A stretch of DNA of 64,000 nucleotides from Octopus sinensis (taxonomy: Eukaryota). Position numbers and translations under genes: made by a program. Below are positions 25,740 through 39,075 of the stretch, one piece after another. The stretch is from assembly GCF_006345805.1 (NCBI RefSeq), contig NC_043000.1, positions 86,428,001-86,492,000 on the forward strand, in the 5' to 3' direction. A model generated the notes under the pieces. It saw nothing but the letters and a program-made list of their open reading frames with translations, was not told where the DNA came from and did not search any database. Numbering within the stretch: the first letter of the stretch is position 1; each line of letters begins with the position of its first letter.

Positions 25740-26097
25740 CCACCATCTTCTCTCTCTCTTTTCCAATTTGGGTAATCATATATCTCCCCTACAGCAAGAT
25801 ACAGGTACCTGTCTCACTATCATACTTTAACATATCATCACCTGGCATGAAGCCATCTCCCTCAAGACTAAACCTTCTTAGTTTAGGGGTTTTGGTGGCC
25901 TCACAAATGCTGGTGCCATGTAAAAAGTATCCTGTATACTCTGTAAAGTGGTTGGCATTAGGAAAGACATCCAGCTATAGAAACTATGGCAAAACATACA
26001 TTAGAGCTTGGCACAATCCAATGGCTCCCTGGCTCTTATTGAACCATCCAACCCAACCCATGCTAGCATGGAAAACAGATGTTAAATGATGATGATG

Positions 26098-26098
<1 letters not shown>
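25740..26098 (+). mobile_element. RTE 3' UTR/tail fragment
   Basis: ...ggttggcattaggaaagacatccagctatagaaac...cccatgctagcatggaaaacagatgttaaatgatgatgatga. Confidence 0.65.
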
Positions 26099-26167
<69 letters not shown>

Positions 26168-27294
26168 AGTGTTTGTAGATGGAAGGTGCACAAGATCCAT
26201 AAAAACTACAGATACTTGGAAAATTGATATTCTCTCAAATGCCATGGTAGCTCATTAGAAGGACAAGTAACTTTATCTTTAGGTCATAATGGGTATGCTT
26301 TGTGAGTGGAATTTAGTAGATGGAAACTGTTTTGAAGTTTGTTATGTGTCTGTATGTGTGTTCATGTCTGTGCCCATGTTTATCAGTGTAAACCAGTAAG
26401 TGACATTGTATCCTCTTATGTCAAACACATAACTTAAGGATCAAACTGAAAGGACTATTTGGGTTTATCTGACCAACTAAAACCCTTGGTAAAAGTGTCC
26501 CAGCATGGTCACAAAATCCAATGGTGGGATCAGTAAAAGAATACACACTGTTAACAGTGTTCAATTGTCAGAACTGTTAAAGTCTAAGATAAATTGCTTT
26601 GTGGCTAATCATTCTGTCTGTGCTTAGAGTTCTAACCTCACTGAGGTCAACTTTGCCTTTCATCTTCTTATGGTGTACTGTGTAAGAGTCAATTCTTCAC
26701 TTTTTGTCTGTCTTTTTCTGTCCTTCTGAAAGGAATTGACTGTGTTCAGACCTAGAGATCAATGGATTCTGCTCAAAACATGCCAAAAGTCACAACACCC
26801 TTATGAATCCATCATCAAAAAGTCAAAGGCTCATAACAGTGCGTGGCAAACTTACAACTCATTTAACAGGTTTGGTTGAACAAACGGGATAAATAGAATG
26901 TGAGTTATTATTTTTAATCAGAAGTTATGAAGTGAATCAAGGGTTGAGAAATTAGAGCACAAAACTGTCAGCCCTTGAATCTCCTTGTAACTTCTGCCAT
27001 TTAAAAACAAAAAAATAAAAACTCATTCAAGAGATTTGGACATTATTGAAATTTAGGTAAAGTGAAAATGCTCAGAAGCCATAAAGGCTGAAAATGTATA
27101 TAAACTACATCTAACTTGCACTTTTTGTTTACCACTTCACTTAGTCTCACTGAAGTTATGATTTCTAATCAAATGCTGTGTTCAAATAAGTGTTTGTAAT
27201 AGATATGGATTAGGAAGGATTAACAAAGGCACTTTTTGCAGTAGTGTCTTCAGTTTAATTAAATAACATTTATAGTCTTTTAAAGTCTAAAACT

Positions 27295-27648
27295 TGAGGG
27301 TGTGGCTGTGTGGCAAAGAAATTTGCTTCCCAACCATATTGTTTTGTGTTCAGTTCCACTACCATGACACTTTTATTATATCTCTCAGCCAACCAAAGAT
27401 TTGCAAGTGGATTCTGTACATGGAAAGAGAGAGAGAGAGCATCATACAAGCAGTGCTATCTATTTGCAATATTCTGCAAAAACATTTCTGGTCATGAGGA
27501 AATATTACCTCGCTGGGAAGCAAGTGAGGGTTGGCAACAGAAAGGGCATTTGGCTTTAGAAAATCTGCTTCAATAAACTACCATCTACCCATACAGGTAT
27601 AGAAAGTTGACTGTTAAAACAACGATGACAGTGGTGACAATGATGACA
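27295..27648 (+). mobile_element. Degraded SINE with RTE-like tail
   Basis: gtgtggctgtgtggcaaag head and gtgagggttggcaacagaaagggcat...gttaaaacaacgatgac tail. Confidence 0.6.
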
Positions 27649-28234
27649 AATGAAAAATATACCAGAAGCATGAATAAAGACAGAGTATAACATCTGTTTT
27701 ATTCATGCCCATGGTTTATTTTTGTGTAGCATTTTGTCAAAATCTTCCTCCACCTCCACAGAATTCAAACTTCTAAGAAAAACAGAACTTCAAACATTAC
27801 ACATCAAACATAGATGACTGAATTTCTGTGTCTATTGATTCAAAATTATATATCTTTCTCTCAACATTGACATACATCCTGTAGCACTCTTCAAAAAGTT
27901 ATATGTAACTCTTAATCCACTAGACTGAACTTTCTCTTTGAAGATGTGTGAGTAGTTCTTCACTTTTGGAAGATTTCTTAAAATAAGTTCTAAGTTGTGA
28001 AATTTGAAAAAAGAAACTATTCAGAACAGTTTCCGAGAAGTGTCTCTTGAGGTGGAATTACAAAGCAATATTTTTGTTTTCCTCAATTCTGCTTTGACAA
28101 TTTTTTGTTGGCAAAACTTTTTTAAAGAAAAAGAGTTCAAGAAATATAAGTGTTAAGTAAAAGTTGTGACTTAAGTTCTGGGGAAAAAAAAAGAGAATTA
28201 ATTTAATGAAATCAGGGTAGTTTGTTAAAATATA

Positions 28235-29484
28235 CCATAAAAACCCGTGTAATTTATGCAATTTTTTCACAAAAATAAATATAAACTTTAGGGGGCACAT
28301 AAATTACATGAGTAGATCATTTCCAGAAATTTTTTTGTTGCAAAAAGACATACAAAATAAACATTCATACTGGAAGTTGACTCATTTAATGTCAGAATAG
28401 GTTTTTACAGAAAAAATAATGGCTTAAATATAATGAGGTTGACTTTTATTTATGCTGGATGGAATAATGCTTACTTTTTCTGTATAAATTTACTAAAACT
28501 GTTAAATGGTTAACTACTTTTTGAAGTCTGACATTCATGCTGGTAAACATGGTCTGGGCCATATTTTATATTGCTTGGAGTTTCTACCTATTACAATGGA
28601 ATATCATCAACATATATAGAGATGTGGATATTCCTGACTGAAAAAAATGTAATGATATGGATAATTTTGATTGTATATTTTTATTTTTGCCTGTTTATTA
28701 CGAGGCACAGCTTTAAGTTTGTCACACTGTTTATGCCAATTTCGAACATTGGCTTCATTAACATTAAAATACCTTCTGGCAGCTCTATTGTCACGTTGAA
28801 ATGCATATTCAACATATTTAATTTCTCCTTTGCAGTAAAAAATTCATAAGTTCTGACAATACTGACAATAATGGTAATGACAAATTTTAAATTTTAAAGG
28901 GATTCAAATTTTGATACTCTATATCAATGGTTCTGTCAAAAATAGGCAGAAAATAATTCTATTTACATAATCAGTTTGATCGGTCATCTTCCTCTGTCCA
29001 TTGAGTAAAGTGTTATCCAAGCTGATGTATATTAGTAATTAAACTTAATTTGCAACACCTGGGCATATTTATCAGCTTTGTTTTTGTTAGTAATTCTTAT
29101 CAACAACTTTTCCTGAGATTGTAATTTGAGAAGACGTACAGCAAAATGCTAAAGATTGGACATAATATTTTGTGGGCAAGAAATGTAAAATAAAGTTTAT
29201 TATAAACAACACAAACATTTTATAATTTAATAGCCTTCAATATGATACCTGTTAAACAGAAATTATTTTTATTTAATGAAAATTCAATAAAATCTAATCA
29301 TAAGTAAGTGAAATTATGCTAAATACAACTAAATTGAAAACCTTTTTCCCCTGGCTATATTGGCAATTCTGAAAACTTTTGGGTGCGAATTTTACATGAG
29401 TAGAAGCTTTTTTTTTAACAAATTTTATTCTGAAAATCACCTGCGTAAATTATACAGATGCGCAAATTACATGGGTTTTTACGG
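28235..29484 (-). mobile_element. Internally deleted pogo/Tc2-like DNA transposon
   Basis: TA-flanked TIRs ccataaaaacccgtgtaatttatgca / tgcgcaaattacatgggtttttacgg. Minus strand about 28690-28845 encodes FTAKEKL/KYVEYAFQRDNRAARRYFNVNEANVRNWHKQCDKLKAVP (one frameshift), a Brinker-type HTH typical of pogo N-termini. Confidence 0.88.
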
Positions 29485-30024
29485 TAAGTTTGTTAAACCA
29501 ACTATAGAAGAAAATGAAGAAAGAGATCAAAGTAATCTTATACTATAATAAGAGCTGTGTCCATCCATCCGGCTGTCCGAAGCCATCAGTAATTAGATAG
29601 AGGAAAAGAGGGTGAATGAAATAGGAAGAGAGTGAAAGAAAGAAAGAAAGAAAGAATGAAAGACAGAAAGAGATATTGAGGAAAAGCGTCAGTCTATCAC
29701 AACATATCAATAACGAAGGAAGGGGTGATAAAGAGAAAAAAAAACAATAGTAGAGTTAGATAGAGAGAGAGGTAGAGAATTAGAGCTGACAAGGAGAGGG
29801 AGAGAAAGAGAGACAAAGAGCGACACAAAGAGAGAGAGAGAGAGAGAGAGAGAGAACAAATGCGTATGTAAAAGGAATGTATGTGATTGTGTACTATGGA
29901 AGTGTAAGAGAATACTGAATGCTGATTCATGTGTGTATGCGTTTGTTGTCAAAATGAAACTGAATTTTTTTCCTTTTTCTTTCAATGTCTTGAAATTTTA
30001 TTTCATATCATAATTGTAACAAAC

Positions 30025-31477
30025 ATAATTGGAGGAGTAACTGACAGCATATGGAAGAAGTTTAGGGACAGTAGAAATTAGGAGGGGCATCTTCCAAGGG
30101 GACTGCCTGTCCCCACTGATCTTTGTACTGTGCTTGATACCACTAACACTGATTCTGAGGAAAGCAAAAGTTGGGTATGTATTCAAAAGCCGCCAACAAA
30201 AAGTCAACCATTTGTTATTCATGAATAACCGCAAACTGTATGGTAAAGATGAAGCCCAAGTTAGTTCCTTCATTGATACGGTGTATACCTTCAGTGCTGA
30301 TATCAGAATGGACAGTAGACAAACTAAACAGCTTAGACAGAAAGATAAAAAAAGTTGCTAACTAGATATGGGTCACTCCACTCAAAAAGTGACACAGACA
30401 GACTGTGTACCAAGAAAAAGAGGGAAGAGGACTTATCAGATGTGAACACGGCATTAGAGCAGAAGAAAACAACATAGCATGGTATGTAAAAAATACCACA
30501 GAACCGCTATTATTAGAAGTAGGAAGGTCAGGCTTGTGTAGGATGAAAGACTGGAAAGATAATGCACTATGCAAGAAATTGAAAACGAATGAAACTGAAG
30601 GTAGGTGGATAAAGAAAAGAATGCATGGACAATTTCATAGGGATGTTGAAGATAAGAGAGACAGAGAAAAAACATGATGACTAAAAGTGATTTAAAACCA
30701 GAAACAGAGGCTCTAATTTGTGCTGCATAAGAGCAAGTACTAAGAATAAACTACATAAAATACAGAATAGACAACACAGTAGAGAGTGATAAGTGCAGAA
30801 TCTGTGGACAAAATGGTGAAACCGTATGGCATATTACCAGCCAATGTACGCCACTAGCCCAGAAGGAATATAAGAGACGCCATGACAATATAACCAGGCT
30901 TGTCCATTGGACACTATATAACAAGTATGGACTTGACAGAGCCAAAAATTGGTATGACCACAAACCTGAAGGCATCATTGAAAATAGAAGTGCAAAGATC
31001 CTATGGGATTTTATGATTCAGTGCGACCATGAGATAGAGAATAGGAAGCCGGACATAGTCTTAATTGAGAAAGAAAACAAACTATGCTGGATCATAGATA
31101 TAGCATGCCCAGCTGACAACAAGGTATGTGATAAGGAAGAAAGAAAAGTTGAAAGATATGACAGCTTAGCTTGGGAAGTTAAGCAGTTGTGGTCGATGAA
31201 AAAGGTAGCAGTAGTACCAATAATTGTCGGAGCCCTGGGAACAGTGAGCAAAAATCTTGAGAAGTACGTGGAACAAATAGGGGCTGCAATAAGGGTGGAG
31301 CACTTGCAGAAAACAGCACTGCTTGGAACCGCTCGAATACTCCAGAAGGTGCTCAAAAAATAAGAGGGGTTACCTTAGTTCACTGGTAGTAAACAGATGA
31401 CACTATAGTACATCTCCAGTGTTAGAAGCTGTGCAAAGGCAATTATAATGATAATAATAATAATAATAATAATAATG

Positions 31478-31523
<46 letters not shown>

Positions 31524-31535
31524 TGATGATGATGA
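30025..31535 (+). mobile_element. R4/Dong-like non-LTR retrotransposon, 3' half
   Basis: RGIFQGDCLSPL, VNHLLFMNNRKLY (RT), CRICGQNGETVWHITSQC zinc knuckle, RRHDN, KPDIVLIEK...IIDIACP (restriction-like endonuclease); ends in (TAA)n/(TGA)n. Confidence 0.92.
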
Positions 31536-31619
31536 TAAAATCAAAATCAAATCAAATCAAATAAAAAAAATCAAAATCAAAAAAGTCAAATCATGATTGA
31601 ATGGCTGAAAATTAAAGAA

Positions 31620-32920
31620 ACCAGTATGAATGAATGTGACACTCTCCCAAAAATTTGCAACTCTAACCAAAACCTTGAAAGTAATTGGTAAAATCTGCAT
31701 TGCACTTAAGGATGTAATTTCAGCTAATGATGTTGATATTACAGATCTCAACCACCTGTACTATGCATCTGCAAAGATCTCAACAATTCTATGCGGTGAA
31801 AAGATTAGACGACAACATTCCCACGAAAAGCCTACTTGGCAAGAGTTTATTCAACACCAAATTCAGCTACTTAGGTCTGACATAGAATGTTTAAAAAAAC
31901 TTAAGTTTGACAAGACTATCAAACCAATAAAAATCCGAAATTAAAGAAAAAATATATGAAAACCACATTTGACATCGATACTACCAAAGAAACTATGAAG
32001 AAAAAGGTATGTGCTTAAAGCTGCTCACATTGCATGGTCTGAAAAGTGCATTAGATCCTTCAAGGACATGTTCAAAAATAACCCCCAAAATTTTTACATG
32101 AAGACAGGGAAAATACCAGTTACAGTAAAGTCTGTCTCATCAAAAGAAGTGCAGGAATTTTGGAATAAAATTTGGGCAGAAGCAAAAACACACAATATAA
32201 GGCCCCTTGGATTGATAGAATATCTACTGACTTGGACTTTTTAGAAGAGCAAAAGTTGGAGGGTATCAAGGTAGAGGATGTGATATCTGCTCTCAGGAAG
32301 TGAAGCAAGTGGAAGTCTCCAGGAAAGGATAAAATTCCTAACTTCTGGTTGAATGCCTTCCCAGAGAATTATGAACTGCTAACAAAACTTTACAACAATG
32401 TTTTCAACAACCTAGTATGATTCCCTCTTGGCTAGTTATGGTGTTACATTCCTACTTCCAAAAAATGAAGAAACAAATGAACCAAAAAATTATAGACCCA
32501 TAACCTGCTTAACAACAATATATAAAATACTAACATCTGATTTGCTTGAATGTACCTATAGCTTTTTAATAGAAAGTGGCATATTCCCTAATGAGCAAAA
32601 AGGATGTAAACATGGGTCCTATGGTTGTAAAGATCAGTTACTCATCAATAAGATGATCTTGGAAGATTGTCACAAATGACACAAAAATTTGTCGATAGTC
32701 TGGGTGGACTATAAAAAAGCTTTTGATAGTCTATCACATATCTGGATTAAGAAATATCTGGAAATGTATAAAACAGCACCTACTCTACAAAACGTTTTGT
32801 TTGTAAGAGATCATGGAGAACCACAATGACTTTGAACAGTGACAATGAATCTCACAATGCTGGAGATGTAAGAATTTCATGTGGCATTTTCCAGGATGAC
32901 TCTCTATCACCACTCCTCCT
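31620..32920 (+). mobile_element. Second R4/Dong-like element, N-terminal and RT part
   Basis: NHLYYASA, KPTWQ, WKSPGKDKIPNFWL, PKNYRPITCLTTIYKILT, EQKGCKHGSYGCKDQLLIN, WVDYKKAFDSL, GIFQDDSLSPL; frameshifted. Confidence 0.9.
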
Positions 32921-33809
32921 GAATCCATGTCGTTTTGGAAGAAAACATCTTAACCACATAGCCATGGCTACATCTGTACCAGAAAGTAAATAAAATAAGT
33001 CTGGATGATGTAATATAGCAAACTTTGTTGTCCATTAAATGTTTTAAAAAGAAGTGATCAGTTAAATGAAATATTTTACTACTAACCCATAGGTCTTGAA
33101 TTAAAATACACTGAAAGTATTTTATTGTGTATCTAGATACCTACTTTTTCAGATCATCTCACTGTCGTGAAGGTAATGTAATACTGGGAATGTTACTTGT
33201 AATATGTTGATATCATTTCCAGGTCTGGGAATGATTCATCTTATATCCTATCAATGCTATGAAATCAGAGCTAATCATTGGCCCATAACAACATCTTGGG
33301 GTATATTTCACCCTTTTGTTTGCCTTTAAATGTTTCACAAAATGTTTTTAATGTTACTAACATACATACACACACAAGTATTAACCCATGGAGGTATGAT
33401 AATAGTTATGTAAATTATCATTAGAAATACACAGAACTGGACAGTGAAAACTTTTTTTTGTTTATTTTTACAAAAATAATTTTTCTTTTGAAATCTTTGT
33501 ATGTCTCTTGATAATAATTAGAAATAGTTTTAAATTCCATGTATTCATTGTCTTATTTTATACACAATGATCATGGTTCTTCTTAAGTTTTCAGTTGAAG
33601 ATAAAGCAAGTAGTTGGTGAGTTAAGTATTTCTCAAGACTGACTCCTATAAACAGTTTGTAGATGAAGTCCAGCTATGTAACTGTAATTTAAGTTGTTTC
33701 TAACCTGACAGAGCTTCCAAAGAGGTGGCTCTGTTGGATTAGAAGAATGGACAAAAGACTAATACTGGTAATAGAGCTTAAAGAGCTGCAAATTTCAGAA
33801 AAAACTGGA

Positions 33810-34075
33810 AGGAGATTAAAAGCCACCCAACTGATTGGCATGAAGCCATTCACCAAGACACACCAAAATTTGTCCCACAGATACATTGTCTTCTCTCTTT
33901 ACCTTTTCTATAGTTATGACATTGGCCTCTGTTCCTCAAAATTAATTGGTCAAATACATCCCCACTCCAGCTTATCTTCTGTTCTCTTCTATTGTGTCCA
34001 TCCTGCTATTAGGCTCCTCCCTAACCACTTCGCACAAACCTTTCTTCATAGAATATTGGCCTTAGTTTGAAGGAA
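33810..34075 (+). mobile_element. Old LINE (CR1/L2/Jockey group) C-terminal fragment
   Basis: KATQLIG...LSHRYIVFSLYLFYSYDIGLCSSKL...NHFAQTFLHRI resembles the L-x-HRR...LFYRYY...SF-PRT...WN C-terminus of these LINEs. Confidence 0.6.
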
Positions 34076-35238
34076 GAATTGGTACTGTTAATTAATTGAT
34101 CCTCCTCATATTATTCCTAGCTGCTCCTAAAAGGAGGAGACCAAACAGTCAGGCTAATAAAATTGAGTTGAAGGCTGCTCATAACTGGTTCACTGAGTGG
34201 TACCAGTATCTGCCTTAAAATAGAACCATTTCATTTTTAATCGTAGTAATTGAGACCCATGTAAAGGGATGCTGTTAAATTACAAACCTATTGAAATGTT
34301 GCCAGCTGGAGAAATAGACATAAACATGATGATGTTTATGTATGTATAGTTTTCATTTTTTCTGTGGACATATGATATAAAAGGATAACATCTTGTTCCT
34401 TTACAAAATGTAGCTATATGTATTACTGCATGCTGATATGATTCATGTCAATATGAGAAGACAAATATTGAAATGGCAATGATGATGATGATGAGGATGC
34501 CGCCGCCAATGATGATGTTGATGGTGGTGATGAGGAAGATGAAGATGATGTATATAAGTTTGTAGAGGGAGGGGAAAGGCAGAATATATTGTGTGCGAGT
34601 ATGTGTTTATGTGTATAATTTTATATATAATATTATATATCTTTAACCTTAATTTCTATGAAACAAATTGAAAAGTTGGTGGTATAGTCCCCAAGATAGG
34701 AAGTATTTTTGACAATTGCAGGCTGATGACTTTGAACTGATCACATCTTATCCAGCTTCAGTACAGTAACACCAGCACATGTTCACTTCAATATAAGGTG
34801 TGTGTCTGTCCCCACTTATATCCAGAATAGATAATCTGCTGATGTACATATAGCTACAAGTATATAGGAACTGCTCTGAGCAATGCTCACTCTTTAATAG
34901 AATTAGCAAGCTTTAGAACAGCAGTTCTAATTCTTCTCATGGCTCCCTTTCAACCTAACTTATCTCTGTGGCCCCAACCATCATAAACAATATTAATTTT
35001 AAAACATGTATTTTATTATATGCAATGTATACCAATTTCAGCCATTTCTTATGAAAACAATGTCTTTTTTAAATAAGTTACAAAAAACAACCATTTTATG
35101 TGGATAAAGCTAGCAAACAAAACTCTATAATGATAAAAGTGTGCAGTAGAGCTTTAAGTCTGCCAAAATTTAACTTCAATAATGTGTTGACCAATGCCTT
35201 GTAAGTGAATTTGGTTAATGGGAACTGAAAGAAGCCTG

Positions 35239-35276
<38 letters not shown>

Positions 35277-36659
35277 TTATACACATGTGTGCACACACAT
35301 ACACGTGTCTGAGTGTGTGTGTGTGTGTGTCTGTGTGTTTGTTTACATTTACTCTCTTTGAAAGTTACGAGCTACAAGCAATACTGTTGTCATTTCTGTC
35401 ACCAAATCATCTGCTCATTTCATGCTTTTGAATGTGTGAAGGAAGAGATTTGTTGCTTGAAAAACAGGTGACAGTTAGAGACAAGAATAAAAAAGCATCT
35501 GTCTGTAAAACAATGCCTTGGTGATATATTCAGCTAACCCATGCTAGTATAGAAAAACAAACATAAAACACATGTGACTTAATTTACAAAAACAAAAGAC
35601 AAAAATTCTTTTAAACAAAAAGTATAGTAAGAAAAAATATAGCTATACTGGCAATTTATTTGGTGTAAACCTTGTGACTGAAGCAAAATTGTATGTTTTT
35701 CAATATCTTAACATTATTAGTAACAAATTAAGATGTTTTCTTACAATATCAAAGTAGTTTCAAACTTTAGGTAGCAAGCTAGTCACCAAGCTAAAACTAG
35801 ATCCAACAAGATAAGAAGTGAGCCTTCAAACTGTTTGTGAAGTAGCAGTACTAGCTAAAATGTCTTGCTATCTTGAACTGTTTACAGGTATAAGTCTCAT
35901 CATCAACAAGTACTCTTTTTCCAAACTCTTGATTTCTTTCCTATTTTAAATTTTAACATTATTGTCTCTTCCCCACGTGTGTTATCTGATCATTGTCCTG
36001 ACCAGCACTTGCCATCTCTCTTAAAACTATCACATATCATCATCTGCTTTATAAAGCCTTCTGATACTTTATAAGTGACTGAAGCAATCCTCTAAAGTGA
36101 CAATAAGTGACTGAAGCAATTCTCCACATAATGTCCATCCATATTCCTTACAAAAATGTAATCAACAAGCTATATGTCAAGAAACACAGACCAGTACACT
36201 AGTTTTCTATTACATACCTACAACATATGAAAGATGATCATCAGGAAAGCAAATAATGCTTTTGTGAATTAAATATCGAGCAAGTTCCCAGGTTGTAATA
36301 TGATTTTCTGGTATTTTGCCAAGAATGCCTCTACAAATTTTGCAGAATCACCATATCTCTCGAGTCTCTTTATCCTCTCAATTATGTCCCCACATTCTTC
36401 CTTCTCTATACAAATAAATTAAGAAATTAAGTAAGAAAACAGATTTATAACTCTACATTGTGTCAGCTGTTACCTTGATATTATTTTTAACTACCAATTT
36501 GTCATTATGACTTGGCTTGAAACTCAAAATGCTTGAGACATTCGTGAAGCAATCTCAGCAGATAAAAGATTATATAAACGCAGAAAAAATTATTTTTTTC
36601 AGTTATTTCTAGCCAACATTCTAATATGTTGACTATACCACTCTTCACATCATAAAGGA

Positions 36660-37110
36660 TTTTGCACAAAGACATCTTACACAACAAAGACCCTTCATGT
36701 CACCAATACATAAGAAAGACACTGCATGTCATACATGCATAACAAAATCACTTCCTGTCATCCATACATAACTAAAATCCTTCATGTTATCCATACACAA
36801 CAAAGATCTTTCATGTCACTTATACACAACAAAGACCCTTCATATCTCTCATAAAGAAGAAAGACACTTCATGACACTCATTTCACTCATATCCACCAAA
36901 GATCTATCATGTCAACCCACACACAAAACCTTTCATATCATTCACATACACAAAAAAATTTCTTCGTGTCACCCATACAAAATAAAGATACTTATGTCAC
37001 TCATACACTATTAAAGTCATTTGTATTACTCATACACCCTTACACAACACCCATACACAACAAAGACACTTCCTACCCTGCATACACTATTCCATGAACA
37101 AAACCCTTGA
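36660..37110. repeat. Degenerate ~29-bp minisatellite
   Basis: About 14 units of aacaaagacccttcatgtcacccatacac with many substitutions. Confidence 0.85.
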
Positions 37111-37595
37111 AAGCATTTTCCAGTGGTGTCATGAAAATCAAGTCTCTTTTAACAATACCGAAATGCAATCTTAACATGCCAATGTTACAAAGAAAACCAT
37201 TTACATCATTCTACCTCTTAACATATGAACAACTCAGAACTAAAATTTCCATAGAATTTACAAATACCATTCCTTGAAATCCCTGATGATTTCTCATGGT
37301 AACCACAATTCTACAAAATATTGAAAACTGCATTTCAAAAAAGGTTCACCATTCCCTTTGGGACTAAAAACTATTTTAGATCTAAGCATCAGTTGAACCT
37401 CAACAAGTGTGTAACCCTAACCCTAAGAATATGGTTCACATATATGGAATACAGCAACTGCTTCACAGACAAACATTCTAGGCCATATTCTTCAAATGTT
37501 CAACTGATTAGCAAAGCTTCTGACATATCAGAAATATTAGGGGAACCCTAGAAAATATGTATTCTTATAGAAATTCAAAACAACATTTTGCAATA

Positions 37596-38015
37596 GGTGC
37601 AGGAGTGGCTGTGTGGTAAGTAGCTTGCTTACCAACCACAAGGTTCTGGGTTCAGTCCCACTGCGTGGCACCTTGGGCAAGTGTCTTCTACTATAGCCTC
37701 AGGCCAACCAAAGACTTGTGAGAGGATTTGGTAGATGGAAACTGAAAGAAGCCTGTCGTATATGTATATAAATATGTGTATGTGTGTGTGTGCATGTTTG
37801 TGTGTCTATGTTTGTACCCCCCAACATCGCTTGACAACCGATGCTGGTGTGTCTACGTCCCCATAAATTAGCGGTTCAGCAAAAGAGACCGATAGAATAA
37901 GTACTAGGCTTACAAAGTATAAGTCCTGGGGTCGATTTGCTCAACTAAAGGCGGTGCTCCAGCATGGCTGCAATCAAATGACTGAAACAAGTAAAAGAGT
38001 AAAAGAGAGAGTAAA
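37596..38015 (+). mobile_element. Full-length tRNA-derived SINE with central microsatellite
   Basis: ggtgcaggagtggctgtgtggtaag (A box)...gggttcagtccc (B box), internal (TA/TG)n, tail gactgaaacaagtaaaagagtaaaagag. Confidence 0.9.
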
Positions 38016-38767
38016 GCGATGTAACTTGACTGAGCAATGATTGTTTTGATATCACAACGAATTTAATTAACTTGATCTGACTAAAAGAAATTTCATGAAT
38101 TATCTACCATTACAACCAGTCTAGATACTTACATATTAAAAAAGATATCAACAATGATTCCATTTATATTTACTGTTATATACTGGTAAAACCTGACCTA
38201 TAAATAGCAAAGATTTAAAGTATCTTACTTAAATTGAAATTTTTTAAATTTGATGTATCTTCTCTGCAAAACTCTTACTCTATCTTGACCTGTTTGATTT
38301 GAGGGTGTGGTAAGATTAAGAGGATATGCTAGATTGGTCCTTTCTTACAGGTCATGAATAAGGATAAACAGCTACAAAGAAGGCACTTAGCTTCAAAGTA
38401 GATGATATCTGCGTTTGGAAAGGTTAGAAGAATTACTGAATAAAAAACACCAACAATAATCTGAAGTATTTCAGTCCTAAACTATTCTTAATACATTAAT
38501 ATTGAGGCTGTATCTAAAATGATAAAAATAGTTTAATGATTTCTTTCATAGGACAAAATCTAAGAGGGAGAAAACATTTGATTATATCAAAACACCACTT
38601 AACTGATATTTATTTTATATTGCCCCAGAAGTACGGAAACAAAATTACATTGGAATTCGTACTTAGAATATAAATGATTGTAACTAAATATGACAAGGTA
38701 CTTGGTTTAATACCCATTGATTCTGTCAAACTAACATCCTTTATAAAGTGAATGTAAAGGACTGCAA

Positions 38768-39075
38768 GTGGAGGTGCAATGGCCAGTGATTAGGGCAGCG
38801 GACTCACGGTTGGAGGATCGCAGTTTTGATTCCCAGACCAGGCGTTGTGTGTGTTTATTGAGTAAAAACACCTAAAGCTCCACGAGGCTTCAGCAGGGAG
38901 GGGTGGTGACCCCTGTTGTACTCTTTCGCCCCAACTTTCTCTCACTTTCTCTTCCTGTTTCTTGAGTAATGCTGCAATGGACCGTCCAGCTGGGGAGAAC
39001 ACATATGCCACAGAAATGTGGAAACCAGGCCCATGAGCCTGGCTAGGCTTGAAAAGGGTGCATAAATAAAATAAA
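38768..39075 (+). mobile_element. tRNA-derived SINE (OR-type, alternative tail)
   Basis: Head shared with 8620-8917, different 3' part, A-rich tail; 12-bp TSD aaaggactgcaa at 38756-38767 and 39076-39087. Confidence 0.9.

Noticed and set aside
29536-29585. Helitron-like 5' end (tcttatactataataagag)
   Set aside because: No matching 3' hairpin or CTRR end found; too short to call.
36071-36120. 18-bp direct repeat ataagtgactgaagcaat (a similar small duplication at about 40725-40780)
   Set aside because: Two copies only; consistent with ordinary local slippage.
38337-38435. Minus-strand exon-like segment (ILLTFPNADIIYFEAK...)
   Set aside because: Direct splicing to the 27989 candidate creates TAA, and there is no other support.
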